DNA from: Candidatus Nanohalarchaeota archaeon
GTDB lineage: Archaea > Nanohalarchaeota > Nanosalinia > Nanosalinales > Nanosalinaceae
Length of the DNA: 64,000 nt
NCBI GenBank assembly: GCA_022729235.1
Contig: JALDAJ010000001.1
Span: forward strand, 672,001 to 736,000
Direction of reading: 5' to 3'
The translations under genes and the position numbers were made by a program. The notes beneath the pieces were generated by a model. That model was given only the letters and a program-made list of their open reading frames with translations. It was not told where the DNA came from and did not search any database. Of the stretch, positions 9,776 to 18,161 are shown piece after piece. The stretch's first letter is position 1. Each line of letters opens with the position of its first letter.

Positions 9776-10487
9776 AAACAAGTGGTCTAAGTTGAGCGGG
9801 CATGTAAGGTTTTCTGTAAAGCTATCGCTATGCTTAGGTATTCTGTTAGGTCTATTCTTGAGCATGATGGGGGATGCCACTAAGCTAGAAGGAGACATGC
9901 TCTCTTCAGTATTTCTTGTACTGTCCTTAACGTCGGTAGCTGCTTACGTAACCTGGCTGGCATTTCCTCTGTTCAGTGGTATCTACGAAATAGTTAGTTC
10001 AAGGAATATAGATTTGAAGACGGTACTTTCGTCCATTTTCGGGTTATCGATATCTGGTTTATCCGTTTACCTGTTTCTCGAAATAACTTCAACCGGTTTT
10101 GTAATGTATAGCTCCAGTCCAACTTTTGGTCAATACCTGTTTATCATGTATCCCAGTGTTCTAGGAGCTCTTGTCCTCTCGGTATACTATCTGGTTAGGC
10201 GAGATAGCGAACCATTAAGAATGAATATTCACCTCCTTCTCGGCGCTATAGTGGTTCTATCTGCTGTTTTCACCAGTTTTTCTACAGGTGATATCCTAGA
10301 TGATAGAGTGGATGTAGAGAGAAGAGGCGGAATGCTACTTCCAGAATCCGGATGTATGCTTGAAATTCAGCAAAAATGCATAAGGCAGGATACCATCGAG
10401 GATGTTCCTGAACGCTGTATGGAGGGAGAAGTCCTCGAAGAGGTAGAAGAGACATACGAAATAGAAAACGGCCAGATCACCTGCTGA
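9759..10487 (+). CDS. Hypothetical membrane protein with Cys-containing C-terminal domain
   Basis: About 5 TM segments; overlaps the upstream stop; 4 C-terminal Cys. Confidence 0.7.
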   Translation: MLSFLENKWSKLSGHVRFSVKLSLCLGILLGLFLSMMGDATKLEGDMLSSVFLVLSLTSVAAYVTWLAFPLFSGIYEIVSSRNIDLKTVLSSIFGLSISGLSVYLFLEITSTGFVMYSSSPTFGQYLFIMYPSVLGALVLSVYYLVRRDSEPLRMNIHLLLGAIVVLSAVFTSFSTGDILDDRVDVERRGGMLLPESGCMLEIQQKCIRQDTIEDVPERCMEGEVLEEVEETYEIENGQITC

Positions 10488-10504
10488 GTTGTGGTCAAAC
10501 CACT

Positions 10505-11128
10505 TCACTCCAGCACCCATCTGTCGAGTGCTCCGCCGGCGATGAAGGTGCCGGTGATGGCGAGGATGACGTGGGTGAGTTCGACTGTCTGTCCCGTGGA
10601 TGTGCTCCACGCCGCGACTGTGGCGATGAAGACGAAGAGGCTGATGCCGAATGAGATGGCGAGGTTCTTGCTGTCGGCGGAAATCGACTGTTTCAGGTCT
10701 TCTGTCTTGAGGTCTTTGAGTTCTTTCAGGTAGTTCTTGAGGTCGGTGACGCTGTACCTGAAGTAGGTGGGCCAGAACTGTCTCTCCGGCAGTAGCCCGA
10801 TGCTGACTATGTAGCCCGCGGATAGTAGGAAGAGTACTGCTATCGGTAGTGCGTTTGCGGTGTACGCAGGTCTTAAGGATAGCACCAGTATCCCTGCGAA
10901 GGCGAACCCGACGGTCATGGTCTCTGATATGTTTTCGGGTAGTCTGCCGTTGATTACCTGGGAGTACAGCAGTAGCCCGAAGATGGCGAACGCGACTGCG
11001 GTACCAAGTAAGTAGCCGTCGATGGCGCTGGGTCCGAAGGCTATCAGTAGTACGGTTATAAGAAACAGTAGTTCGAGGAACCGCGCCTTGAATTTCAGGT
11101 CTTTCTCCAGGCTGAGTCTTTTCTCCAT
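10505..11128 (-). CDS. Hypothetical membrane protein
   Basis: About 6 hydrophobic segments. Confidence 0.75.
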   Translation of the reverse strand: MEKRLSLEKDLKFKARFLELLFLITVLLIAFGPSAIDGYLLGTAVAFAIFGLLLYSQVINGRLPENISETMTVGFAFAGILVLSLRPAYTANALPIAVLFLLSAGYIVSIGLLPERQFWPTYFRYSVTDLKNYLKELKDLKTEDLKQSISADSKNLAISFGISLFVFIATVAAWSTSTGQTVELTHVILAITGTFIAGGALDRWVLE

Positions 11129-11168
11129 GTTGTAGGTTTTTGGGCTGCCGCTTTTTTAGCTACTCGGG

Positions 11169-11546
11169 TTATTCTTCAAGTAATTTCTCTGGATCTTCGT
11201 CTCCGGGTACTAGCTCCTCTGTTGCCTCAGTATTAGAAATCTCAGAAGAACGTTCGCCGGGGTCTGCTCCCTTATATCTCCCTGCTTTGTATCCTGCTGA
11301 TGCGGTTATTGCTGCGGTTAGGAGGGACACAGATCCTGTTTTTGCTACGTATTCTATAAGTTCGGTTTGTGTTGCTGTTTGTTTCTCAGCTGTGCCTGGT
11401 GTTGCACCTGCAACTAAAGTTCCTGCGAGAGTTGATGTTGAGCGAGGGGGTATCGATTCGAAATGAGTACTTTCTTCGAGGTACCCTAAGCAGTATCCGA
11501 GCGTGGCTCCGGCAGTTCCTGCGACTCCTGCTACCTCATATTCCAT
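11169..11546 (-). CDS. Hypothetical protein (ORFan-like)
   Basis: ATG start, TATA-like upstream element, acidic tail. Confidence 0.55.
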   Translation of the reverse strand: MEYEVAGVAGTAGATLGYCLGYLEESTHFESIPPRSTSTLAGTLVAGATPGTAEKQTATQTELIEYVAKTGSVSLLTAAITASAGYKAGRYKGADPGERSSEISNTEATEELVPGDEDPEKLLEE

Positions 11547-11604
11547 ATGTTATTACCTAGTAGCAAAACTTAAGTATTTTGGGTTGGGAGAATAACGATT
11601 GGGT

Positions 11605-12411
11605 TTATATCTCGAAAGTATCTCCTCTTTCAACGATATCAAACCCGCGTTCCTGCATCTCTTTCCTCTCCTCGCTGCCCTCTAGAAGTACGGGGTTGGT
11701 GTGGTTCATGTGGATGAAGTAGATATCCGTGTCCAAGTCCTCGAATTGAACCATGGCGTCCTGGATTGTGGGGTGAGGTACGTCTTCGTAACGACCGATT
11801 TCTTCTTTACTCCAGAACGTTCCGTCGACGATGGCGATGTCAGCATCCTCCATAAGTTCGATGATCTCGTCTGTCCACCGGTCTATATCAGCCAGGTAGA
11901 AAAGCTTCTTCTCATCTCCCTCGATTATGTACGCGGTTGTAGGATGGTTGAGGAGCGAGTGTTCAAAGTAGCGAGCCTTTATCTCGCCTCCTTGCAGTTC
12001 CATGCCGTTATTGTTCTCAAGATTATGTATTTCGATATTTCCTCTATCGACGAGGAACCTGTAAGGATCGTTCTGCATCAGGAATTTTTCCACACCGTCA
12101 TGACCGTAAACGTTCAGTCCTGTGGCGTCTGGTCCTTCCTGTCCGAAGTAAAGCAGACCTGTAACATGTCCCAGTTCACTGTGGGTTATGAAGACGCCAT
12201 CTATGTACTTTCCTCTGAGCTGGTAGCGGATATCTGGGGTGGCGTCGATGAGGTATCTTACAGTGTCATCATCGGAGTTCTCTTTGAGGAGGATAGAACC
12301 TACGTGCATCTGTCTGCCAGGATCGTTCCTGACCTCTTTGCACAGGTCACAGTCACATCCGAGATGGGGTACTCCCCCGTCCTGTGTGTTTCCAAGAACT
12401 TCTACTTTCAT
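11605..12411 (-). CDS. Metallo-beta-lactamase fold protein (PqqB/PhnP-like)
   Basis: LGNTQDGGVPHLGCDCDLC, IDATPD, THSELGH, DGTF, HMNHTN. Confidence 0.9.
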   Translation of the reverse strand: MKVEVLGNTQDGGVPHLGCDCDLCKEVRNDPGRQMHVGSILLKENSDDDTVRYLIDATPDIRYQLRGKYIDGVFITHSELGHVTGLLYFGQEGPDATGLNVYGHDGVEKFLMQNDPYRFLVDRGNIEIHNLENNNGMELQGGEIKARYFEHSLLNHPTTAYIIEGDEKKLFYLADIDRWTDEIIELMEDADIAIVDGTFWSKEEIGRYEDVPHPTIQDAMVQFEDLDTDIYFIHMNHTNPVLLEGSEERKEMQERGFDIVERGDTFEI

Positions 12412-12527
12412 GCTTTACCCTCCCCTTAATATGCGTGACATGACAGTTCTATCTAAGCTTTATAAAGGACTTCCTGCTGGTACAGGTATATATAACAAAT
12501 AAAAGCGTTGTCTATGTGCTCTAGTAC

Positions 12528-12605
12528 ATGAGTTGTAACTGTTCTAGAGAGGATGATGAGGACAAGAAAGGCTGTGGTTGTGGCGACGACTGCGGTTGTA
12601 ACTGA
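12528..12605 (+). CDS. Putative 25-aa metallothionein-like peptide
   Basis: MSCNCSREDDEDKKGCGCGDDCGCN*: 6 Cys in three CxC pairs; TATATATAA box at about 12487-12495. Confidence 0.65.
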   Translation: MSCNCSREDDEDKKGCGCGDDCGCN

Positions 12606-12650
12606 TTCAGTTTTTCAATCTTCGGTCTAAAACTTTCTTAGGCACCAGCT

Positions 12651-12721
12651 GCCGGGATGGCAGAGTAGTTATGCGTCCGCCTGCAGAGCGGACGACCTGG
12701 GTGCAAATCCCAGTCCCGGCT
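12651..12721 (+). tRNA. tRNA-Cys(GCA)
   Basis: GCCGGGA/TCCCGGC acceptor stem, TCCGC-CT-GCA-GA-GCGGA anticodon arm, U73 discriminator. Confidence 0.95.
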
Positions 12722-12772
12722 TTTTCCCCAGGAGAAGGACAGAAAAAGGCTGGTGAGTAATATACGTGTAAG

Positions 12773-13204
12773 ATGACGGAATACTTTGAGGACACCACCG
12801 ATGTCGCTGTCCTGGTCATAAGGAACCGGACGGATGACGGCGACTACTACCTTATCGCCCGGCACAGGGGAAACGATTTCTGGGAGTTCGTTGGTGGTAA
12901 AAGAAAGAAAGATGAAAGTATCGAACACGCAGTCTACAGGGAGCTTTCAGAGGAGATAGAAATTGACTGGGATTCCGATGAAGTCGATATTGTTAAGACA
13001 GGAGACTCGTTTGAGAGCCCTATAAATCCGGTTTATGAACTCTATCCTGTGCTTGTTGATATACCTGAGGAGGTCGCATGGGAGCTTGGAGACGAGGATT
13101 TGTCCTCCTCACATACCAGTCTGAAATGGATAAAAATCGAGGAACTAGAAAACTTTGAAACCTATGGAGAGAGGGAGGCGCTGGAGAGTCTTGGTGTCTT
13201 ATGA
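12773..13204 (+). CDS. NUDIX hydrolase
   Basis: WEFVGG....ES...AVYRELSEE Nudix box. Confidence 0.85.
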   Translation: MTEYFEDTTDVAVLVIRNRTDDGDYYLIARHRGNDFWEFVGGKRKKDESIEHAVYRELSEEIEIDWDSDEVDIVKTGDSFESPINPVYELYPVLVDIPEEVAWELGDEDLSSSHTSLKWIKIEELENFETYGEREALESLGVL

Positions 13205-13263
13205 GTGAATACGAGACCGTTGGTGATCATAAAGGTTTGAAGAAGCTGGGTTTGATTGAGTGA
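13201..13263 (+). pseudogene. Possible remnant of a NUDIX C-terminus
   Basis: MSEYETVGDHKGLKKLGLIE* resembles the ends of the flanking NUDIX proteins (FETYGEREALESLGVL; MKTLSSLKAAEKLGVV). Confidence 0.45.
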
Positions 13264-13305
13264 TATCCTGTTATCTTAACAATATTGGCTAAGCATTACG
13301 TGTAT

Positions 13306-14046
13306 ATGGGAGAGTCTGAGAACCTAATTGTCTGCGTGGCTAGATCAGTATCTGATGAAGAACATTACTTATTACAGAGTTCTGATGAGGGATGGGAATT
13401 TCCGGTAGGGCATATTGGTGCAGAGGAAGTGCCTGAGGAGGCTGCAATAAGAATGTTGGAGCAGGAATTTGGTCTAACTGGAGAGATAGAACGGGCTGGT
13501 GATTTGAAAGAGAATATTTATCCGGTTCTAGTTAACATTGACTTCAAGCAGGTAGAAAGATGGGAGGAGTCTGGCTACCGATGGTTTACGCCTCTTGAAA
13601 TGACCGATCTCGACATTCAGGACTCTTTTATGATTCTAGAGGAGCTAGATCTCGTGAACGGTGATGTGGTTACTGTGCTGGTTGAAGAAGGAGGAGCGTT
13701 CTTGATAATGAAGCGTTCAGAAGAGAAATCAAGTTCTGGTTACTGGAACTTCATAGGCGGTAGAATTGAAGAGGACGAAACCGTAGGAGACGCTGCATTG
13801 AGAGAAGCTAGTGAAGAAGCAGGTTTAACAGGAGCGGTTATAGAGATTGGTGAACCATATCTTAGTTCGGGCGAGCTAGGTTTCTGGAGAATACATCCTG
13901 TTCTAGTTGAGACAGAGGATAAAACTGTCGAGCTTAACTGGGAACATTCTGAACATAGGTGGATTAAACTAGAGGAAATAGAAGACATGAAAACACTTAG
14001 TTCACTTAAAGCAGCTGAAAAGCTAGGAGTGGTAGACTATGAGTGA
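13306..14046 (+). CDS. Tandem double-NUDIX protein
   Basis: Two Nudix boxes: WEFPVG..EEAAIRMLEQEFG (degenerate) and WNFIGG..AALREASEEAG. Confidence 0.85.
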   Translation: MGESENLIVCVARSVSDEEHYLLQSSDEGWEFPVGHIGAEEVPEEAAIRMLEQEFGLTGEIERAGDLKENIYPVLVNIDFKQVERWEESGYRWFTPLEMTDLDIQDSFMILEELDLVNGDVVTVLVEEGGAFLIMKRSEEKSSSGYWNFIGGRIEEDETVGDAALREASEEAGLTGAVIEIGEPYLSSGELGFWRIHPVLVETEDKTVELNWEHSEHRWIKLEEIEDMKTLSSLKAAEKLGVVDYE

Positions 14047-14467
14047 AGAAGAGTTTCCTGTTATTGTAGCTGCGTTGGTTACTAGCCAGAGAGATGTTCT
14101 GATTGGTAAGAAAGAGTCTGGAGAGAATCCTGTTTCAGAACAATGGCATTTGCCGGGAGGTCATTTAGAAGAAGATGAGGATCTGAGAGAAGCTGTTAAA
14201 AGAGAAATTAGCGAAGAGACGGATTTGGATGTTGAAATTCATCATATAGTAGATGTTTACAAAGGAGAAATAGGTGCGGTAAGAATAATTTTCCACTGTG
14301 AAGCAAGTGATCGAGATATAGATGCTGGAGACGATCTTGTTGACATTAAATGGGTTTCTCCAGAGAACTTAGAAGAAGAGCTTGGAGATTATGATTCGGA
14401 GATAGTATCTGAGAGAGACAATATCAGAAATTTTGTTGAGAAACTGCAGAAGATGCCGTCATTCTAG
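14039..14467 (+). CDS. NUDIX hydrolase
   Basis: WHLPGG...AVKREISEETD. Confidence 0.9.
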   Translation: MSEEEFPVIVAALVTSQRDVLIGKKESGENPVSEQWHLPGGHLEEDEDLREAVKREISEETDLDVEIHHIVDVYKGEIGAVRIIFHCEASDRDIDAGDDLVDIKWVSPENLEEELGDYDSEIVSERDNIRNFVEKLQKMPSF

Positions 14468-14723
14468 ATTTCTAGGCCGTACGATTTTTTTCTGCAGTAT
14501 CTTCTCTTCTGATTGGATTTTTGATCATATGATCAATATTCTAACCCTCTCATTGGGCTTTTCTGCTCCGACCTACATTTTTAATTGTTTAGGCGTTAGT
14601 TCAAAGTTATGATTATGAGCAGTGATCGTTTTTGTCCGTGTCACTGAATTGTTTCTGTTAGATTCACTGCTCTACCTGAAAAACCGTTTTAACTCTGCGC
14701 CCCGTTCTTCGTGATAGGGCTCC

Positions 14724-16208
14724 ATGGCACTGAAACTCTACAATACACTGACGCGGGAAAAAGAAGAGTTTGAACCGAAGGAAGAAGGAAAGGTCAAGTT
14801 CTACAGCTGTGGACAGACGATTTACGACGATCTGCACATCGGTAATGCGCGTCCCTATGTTTACTGGGACACACTGAGACGTTACCTTGAATGGAAGGGT
14901 TACACGGTCCGGCATGTCCAGAACATAACTGATGTCGGCCACCTGACCGACGACGGCGACCAGGGAGAGGATAAGGTGGAGAAACGCGCCTCCGAGCTGG
15001 GTGTGGAGCCGATGGAGCTGGTAGAGTCGCAGATTGAACGATATTTCGAGGATACAAAGGCGTTGAACATCGAAAGACAGGACATCGTCCCGCGCGCCAC
15101 CGGACATGTCAACGAGATGATAAACTATGTCCAGGAGATAATAGATAACGGCTACGCGTACGAACGCGACGGCAATATTTACTTCGACATGGATGCCTAC
15201 CTGGAAGACTACGAGTACGGTGAGATGGCGAAGAAGGATATCGAACAGTTAAAGGAGGAGGCGGAATCGAGAGTGGAGCCAGACGAGAAGAAAAAGAACC
15301 AGTACGACTTCGCTCTCTGGCTGAACGCGGAAGGCACGGGACATCTTATGAGGTGGGGTGCCACGTTCCAGGTCGACGGTGAAGCAGTTAAGGTCGAGGG
15401 CTATCCAGGCTGGCACCTCGAATGCTCGGTTATGAGTCAGAAATACCTGGGAGACGAGTTCGATATACACGCCGGCGGTAAGGACCATATCTTCCCGCAC
15501 CACCCGAATGAACGGGCTCAATCCTTCGCGGCGACGGGAGAAGGTCAGGCACGTTACTGGCTGCACAACGAGTTCATAACCATCGAGGGCGAGAAGATGT
15601 CCAAGTCCGAGGGCAACTTCTACACCGTCCGGGATTTACTTGACGAGGGCTACTCCGGCGACGCCATACGTCTTTATCTCGTCTCCTCTCACTACAGGAG
15701 CGAGACCGACTTCTCGAAGGAAGGATTGGAGAAGGCGGAGAAGGAGTTGAGGAAGATCCGGAAAGTAGTACAGAAGATAGGCTGGGATGAGGACTACAGG
15801 GGTAAGAATCAGTTCGGAGAACCTGGAGAAGATGAAGAAGGTTATGTTGAAGAGTTCGAGAAGCGGATAGACGATGATTTTAACACGGCTAAGGCCAAGC
15901 AGTTCTTGATGAAACTTGTCTCTGAAGCCAACGAGACCCTGGAAAAGAATCCGGAGGAGGGAGAAAGTCTGTACGCTGTAGGCTATGGAAACTTCCTGAT
16001 TGAGGCATTTGAGATACTAGGGATTGATGTCCGGCCAGAAGTGTCGGAGGGAGAGGCTGAGATGGCGGACACGCTTCTTGAGGTTCGTGAAGAGTACCGT
16101 GAACGTGGAGACTACGATGAGGCGGACCGTATCCGCGATGTCCTTGAGGAGAACGGTTTCGAGGTCGAGGACACGGAAGACGGTGCCCGCTGGTTCAAGG
16201 TGGGATGA
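14724..16208 (+). CDS. cysS: Cysteinyl-tRNA synthetase
   Basis: HIGN, PGWHLECS, DIHAGG, KMSKS. Confidence 0.97.
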   Translation: MALKLYNTLTREKEEFEPKEEGKVKFYSCGQTIYDDLHIGNARPYVYWDTLRRYLEWKGYTVRHVQNITDVGHLTDDGDQGEDKVEKRASELGVEPMELVESQIERYFEDTKALNIERQDIVPRATGHVNEMINYVQEIIDNGYAYERDGNIYFDMDAYLEDYEYGEMAKKDIEQLKEEAESRVEPDEKKKNQYDFALWLNAEGTGHLMRWGATFQVDGEAVKVEGYPGWHLECSVMSQKYLGDEFDIHAGGKDHIFPHHPNERAQSFAATGEGQARYWLHNEFITIEGEKMSKSEGNFYTVRDLLDEGYSGDAIRLYLVSSHYRSETDFSKEGLEKAEKELRKIRKVVQKIGWDEDYRGKNQFGEPGEDEEGYVEEFEKRIDDDFNTAKAKQFLMKLVSEANETLEKNPEEGESLYAVGYGNFLIEAFEILGIDVRPEVSEGEAEMADTLLEVREEYRERGDYDEADRIRDVLEENGFEVEDTEDGARWFKVG

Positions 16209-16579
16209 TGAAGATTTACGTCGGGCATCCGACCGATATCGATTTCAGGGAGGAGCTGTATGAACCCCTGAGAAAGAGTAAGCTGGGCGAAGAACACGAG
16301 CTGGTATTTCCCCATGAAGACTCTGATGAAGTATTTGACTCGAAAAGTTTCCTGCGTGACGAGTGCCATCTGTTTGTAGCGGAAGTGTCTGCTCCCTCGA
16401 CAGGCCTGGGTATAGAGCTGGGCTGGGCGGACGAATTTGGGGTTCCGATTGTCTGTGTACATAAAGAAGGTTCAGAGCCTTCAAGCTCCTTGAAAGCAGT
16501 GACCAGTGAATTCAGAGATTACAGTGATGTTGGAGATCTTATCGAATCGGTCAGGAGAGGTATCAAGGATGTCGGCTGA
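16205..16579 (+). CDS. Nucleoside 2-deoxyribosyltransferase-like protein
   Basis: KIYVGH, VAEVSAPSTGLGIELGWA. Confidence 0.75.
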   Translation: MMKIYVGHPTDIDFREELYEPLRKSKLGEEHELVFPHEDSDEVFDSKSFLRDECHLFVAEVSAPSTGLGIELGWADEFGVPIVCVHKEGSEPSSSLKAVTSEFRDYSDVGDLIESVRRGIKDVG

Positions 16580-16684
16580 AGAAACGAAGTCTCTAGTGGA
16601 GTATCTTAAGCAGAAAGCAGGATACAGTTACGATATGGTTCCTGAAGAACAGGTTTATAGAGAAAAATAATCTGTAGGGAAAAG

Positions 16685-17011
16685 TCAGTGCTTGTGGCTC
16701 TTGTGGACGTTCATTCCTCTTGAGGAGTCGAACTCATCGCCGCATTCAGGGCATTCGTGTAGTTCAACTTCTTCCTTGTCCTGTGCGTCGTCGTCTTCTG
16801 TTTCCGTCTCTTCCTGCTGTTCCTCGACACTTTCAGGTTCTTCCTTGACGCTTTTCTCAGTCTGCTCCAGCGTTCCTTCTTCCTCCATTTTCTTTCTCTT
16901 CTGCTGTTTCCGGTCAGGTTGCTCCTCGAAGATCTCCTTCGCCCGGTCGTCAGAAATTCCAAGCATTTCCTTCGCCTTTTGCTTCTGCTTCTCCGCCTTT
17001 TCTCTTACCAT
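16685..17011 (-). CDS. Charged protein with C-terminal C2H2 zinc finger
   Basis: CPECGDEFDSSRGMNVHKSHKH. Confidence 0.8.
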   Translation of the reverse strand: MVREKAEKQKQKAKEMLGISDDRAKEIFEEQPDRKQQKRKKMEEEGTLEQTEKSVKEEPESVEEQQEETETEDDDAQDKEEVELHECPECGDEFDSSRGMNVHKSHKH

Positions 17012-17051
17012 AGTTATCTATTACAAGCTTGGTAGGAATGTTTTAAACCGG

Positions 17052-18149
17052 TTAGGGTACAAGCTCCGTGAAGTTCTCCTTGAACTCCTCGTAGTACTCG
17101 GGTTTCATTGATGCGCCCGCCGCTTTCTGGTGTCCACCTGCCTCCGCGTTCTCCTCTTTGGCTTCTTCAGGCAGTGCCTGTTGCATGAGTTCGCCGAGGT
17201 CGACCCGTCCTGATTGGCATCTCGCAGAGATATTGATCTCGTCCTCGCTTCTCTGGATGACGAGGTGGATCCATTCCGGTGTCTTGGTGGATTTGTTGGT
17301 CGCGATTGAGCTGGTGATGTGGAAGTCGCTCTCCAGTTCGAAGAAGATTATCATCTTGTCCCTGTCGATTTCGCGGTCTTCCTCGTAGTCTTCCACCGCC
17401 ACGTTGAACTCGTCCTGCATCTCGAGGTAGACCTCGTACACCTTGCGGTAGGCTTCCTGCGCCTCCAGTTCCTTGAGGTCGTCTGACTCCATCAGCGCCT
17501 CGTACGCCAGCTTTGCGAAGTGCGCGGAGTCGCGGTACGGTTTGATGTTCAGGACTGAAGAGTAGCGCCCGTATTCGCAGTTTTTCGCGAGATTCTGTTG
17601 GTTGAGTTCTTCCGGAAGGTAGCGGTCGTATTTTTCGTTTAATTTTTCAAAGAGTTCCGGGCATGAGTCAACCCCGAAATCCTGTATGACGCCGAGACCT
17701 GCTATCCAGCGTGTCTCGTCTTCCAGTTCGTACTGTGTGGCGATGTCCAGGCAGACTTTGCTGCATGGTACATAGGTGTCTCTGTTACCAAGTCTTGGAT
17801 TCACGAAGGGGATGTCAGGTTCTCTATCAAATGTATGATGGTCGATTACGAGGACATCAAGCCCGAACTCACTGTCTAGTTCTTCCAGTTCGTCCGCGCC
17901 GAGGTTGAAGTCGAGTACTATCAGTTTGTCCGTGTCTTCCAGTATCTCGTGGTCTTTTTCTCCGAGGTGGTACGCCCGGGTGTGAGGTATGGTGATCTCG
18001 TCCGCGGGTTTTCCTCTCGTTTCCTCAAGTATCTTCGATATTATAACCGAACTTGATGTCCCATCCATATCCCAGTGGTGGATGATGGTGACTTTTTCTT
18101 CAGGTTTAATCTGGTCTAGAAATTCTGTTGCTGGTTCTAAGTTTGTCAT
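17052..18149 (-). CDS. DHH/DHHA1 phosphoesterase (RecJ-like)
   Basis: HHWDMDG, IDHH, AGGH..AAG. Confidence 0.9.
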   Translation of the reverse strand: MTNLEPATEFLDQIKPEEKVTIIHHWDMDGTSSSVIISKILEETRGKPADEITIPHTRAYHLGEKDHEILEDTDKLIVLDFNLGADELEELDSEFGLDVLVIDHHTFDREPDIPFVNPRLGNRDTYVPCSKVCLDIATQYELEDETRWIAGLGVIQDFGVDSCPELFEKLNEKYDRYLPEELNQQNLAKNCEYGRYSSVLNIKPYRDSAHFAKLAYEALMESDDLKELEAQEAYRKVYEVYLEMQDEFNVAVEDYEEDREIDRDKMIIFFELESDFHITSSIATNKSTKTPEWIHLVIQRSEDEINISARCQSGRVDLGELMQQALPEEAKEENAEAGGHQKAAGASMKPEYYEEFKENFTELVP

Positions 18150-18161
18150 TGATAGTCACCT

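Noticed and set aside
12700-12710. tRNA-Cys T-loop GTGCAAATCC as a sign of a pseudogene
   Set aside because: All stems and identity elements are intact, so it is treated as a tolerated variant.
16569-16670. 33-aa ORF after the NDT-like gene
   Set aside because: No motif or other support; it may be real but cannot be defended from sequence alone.
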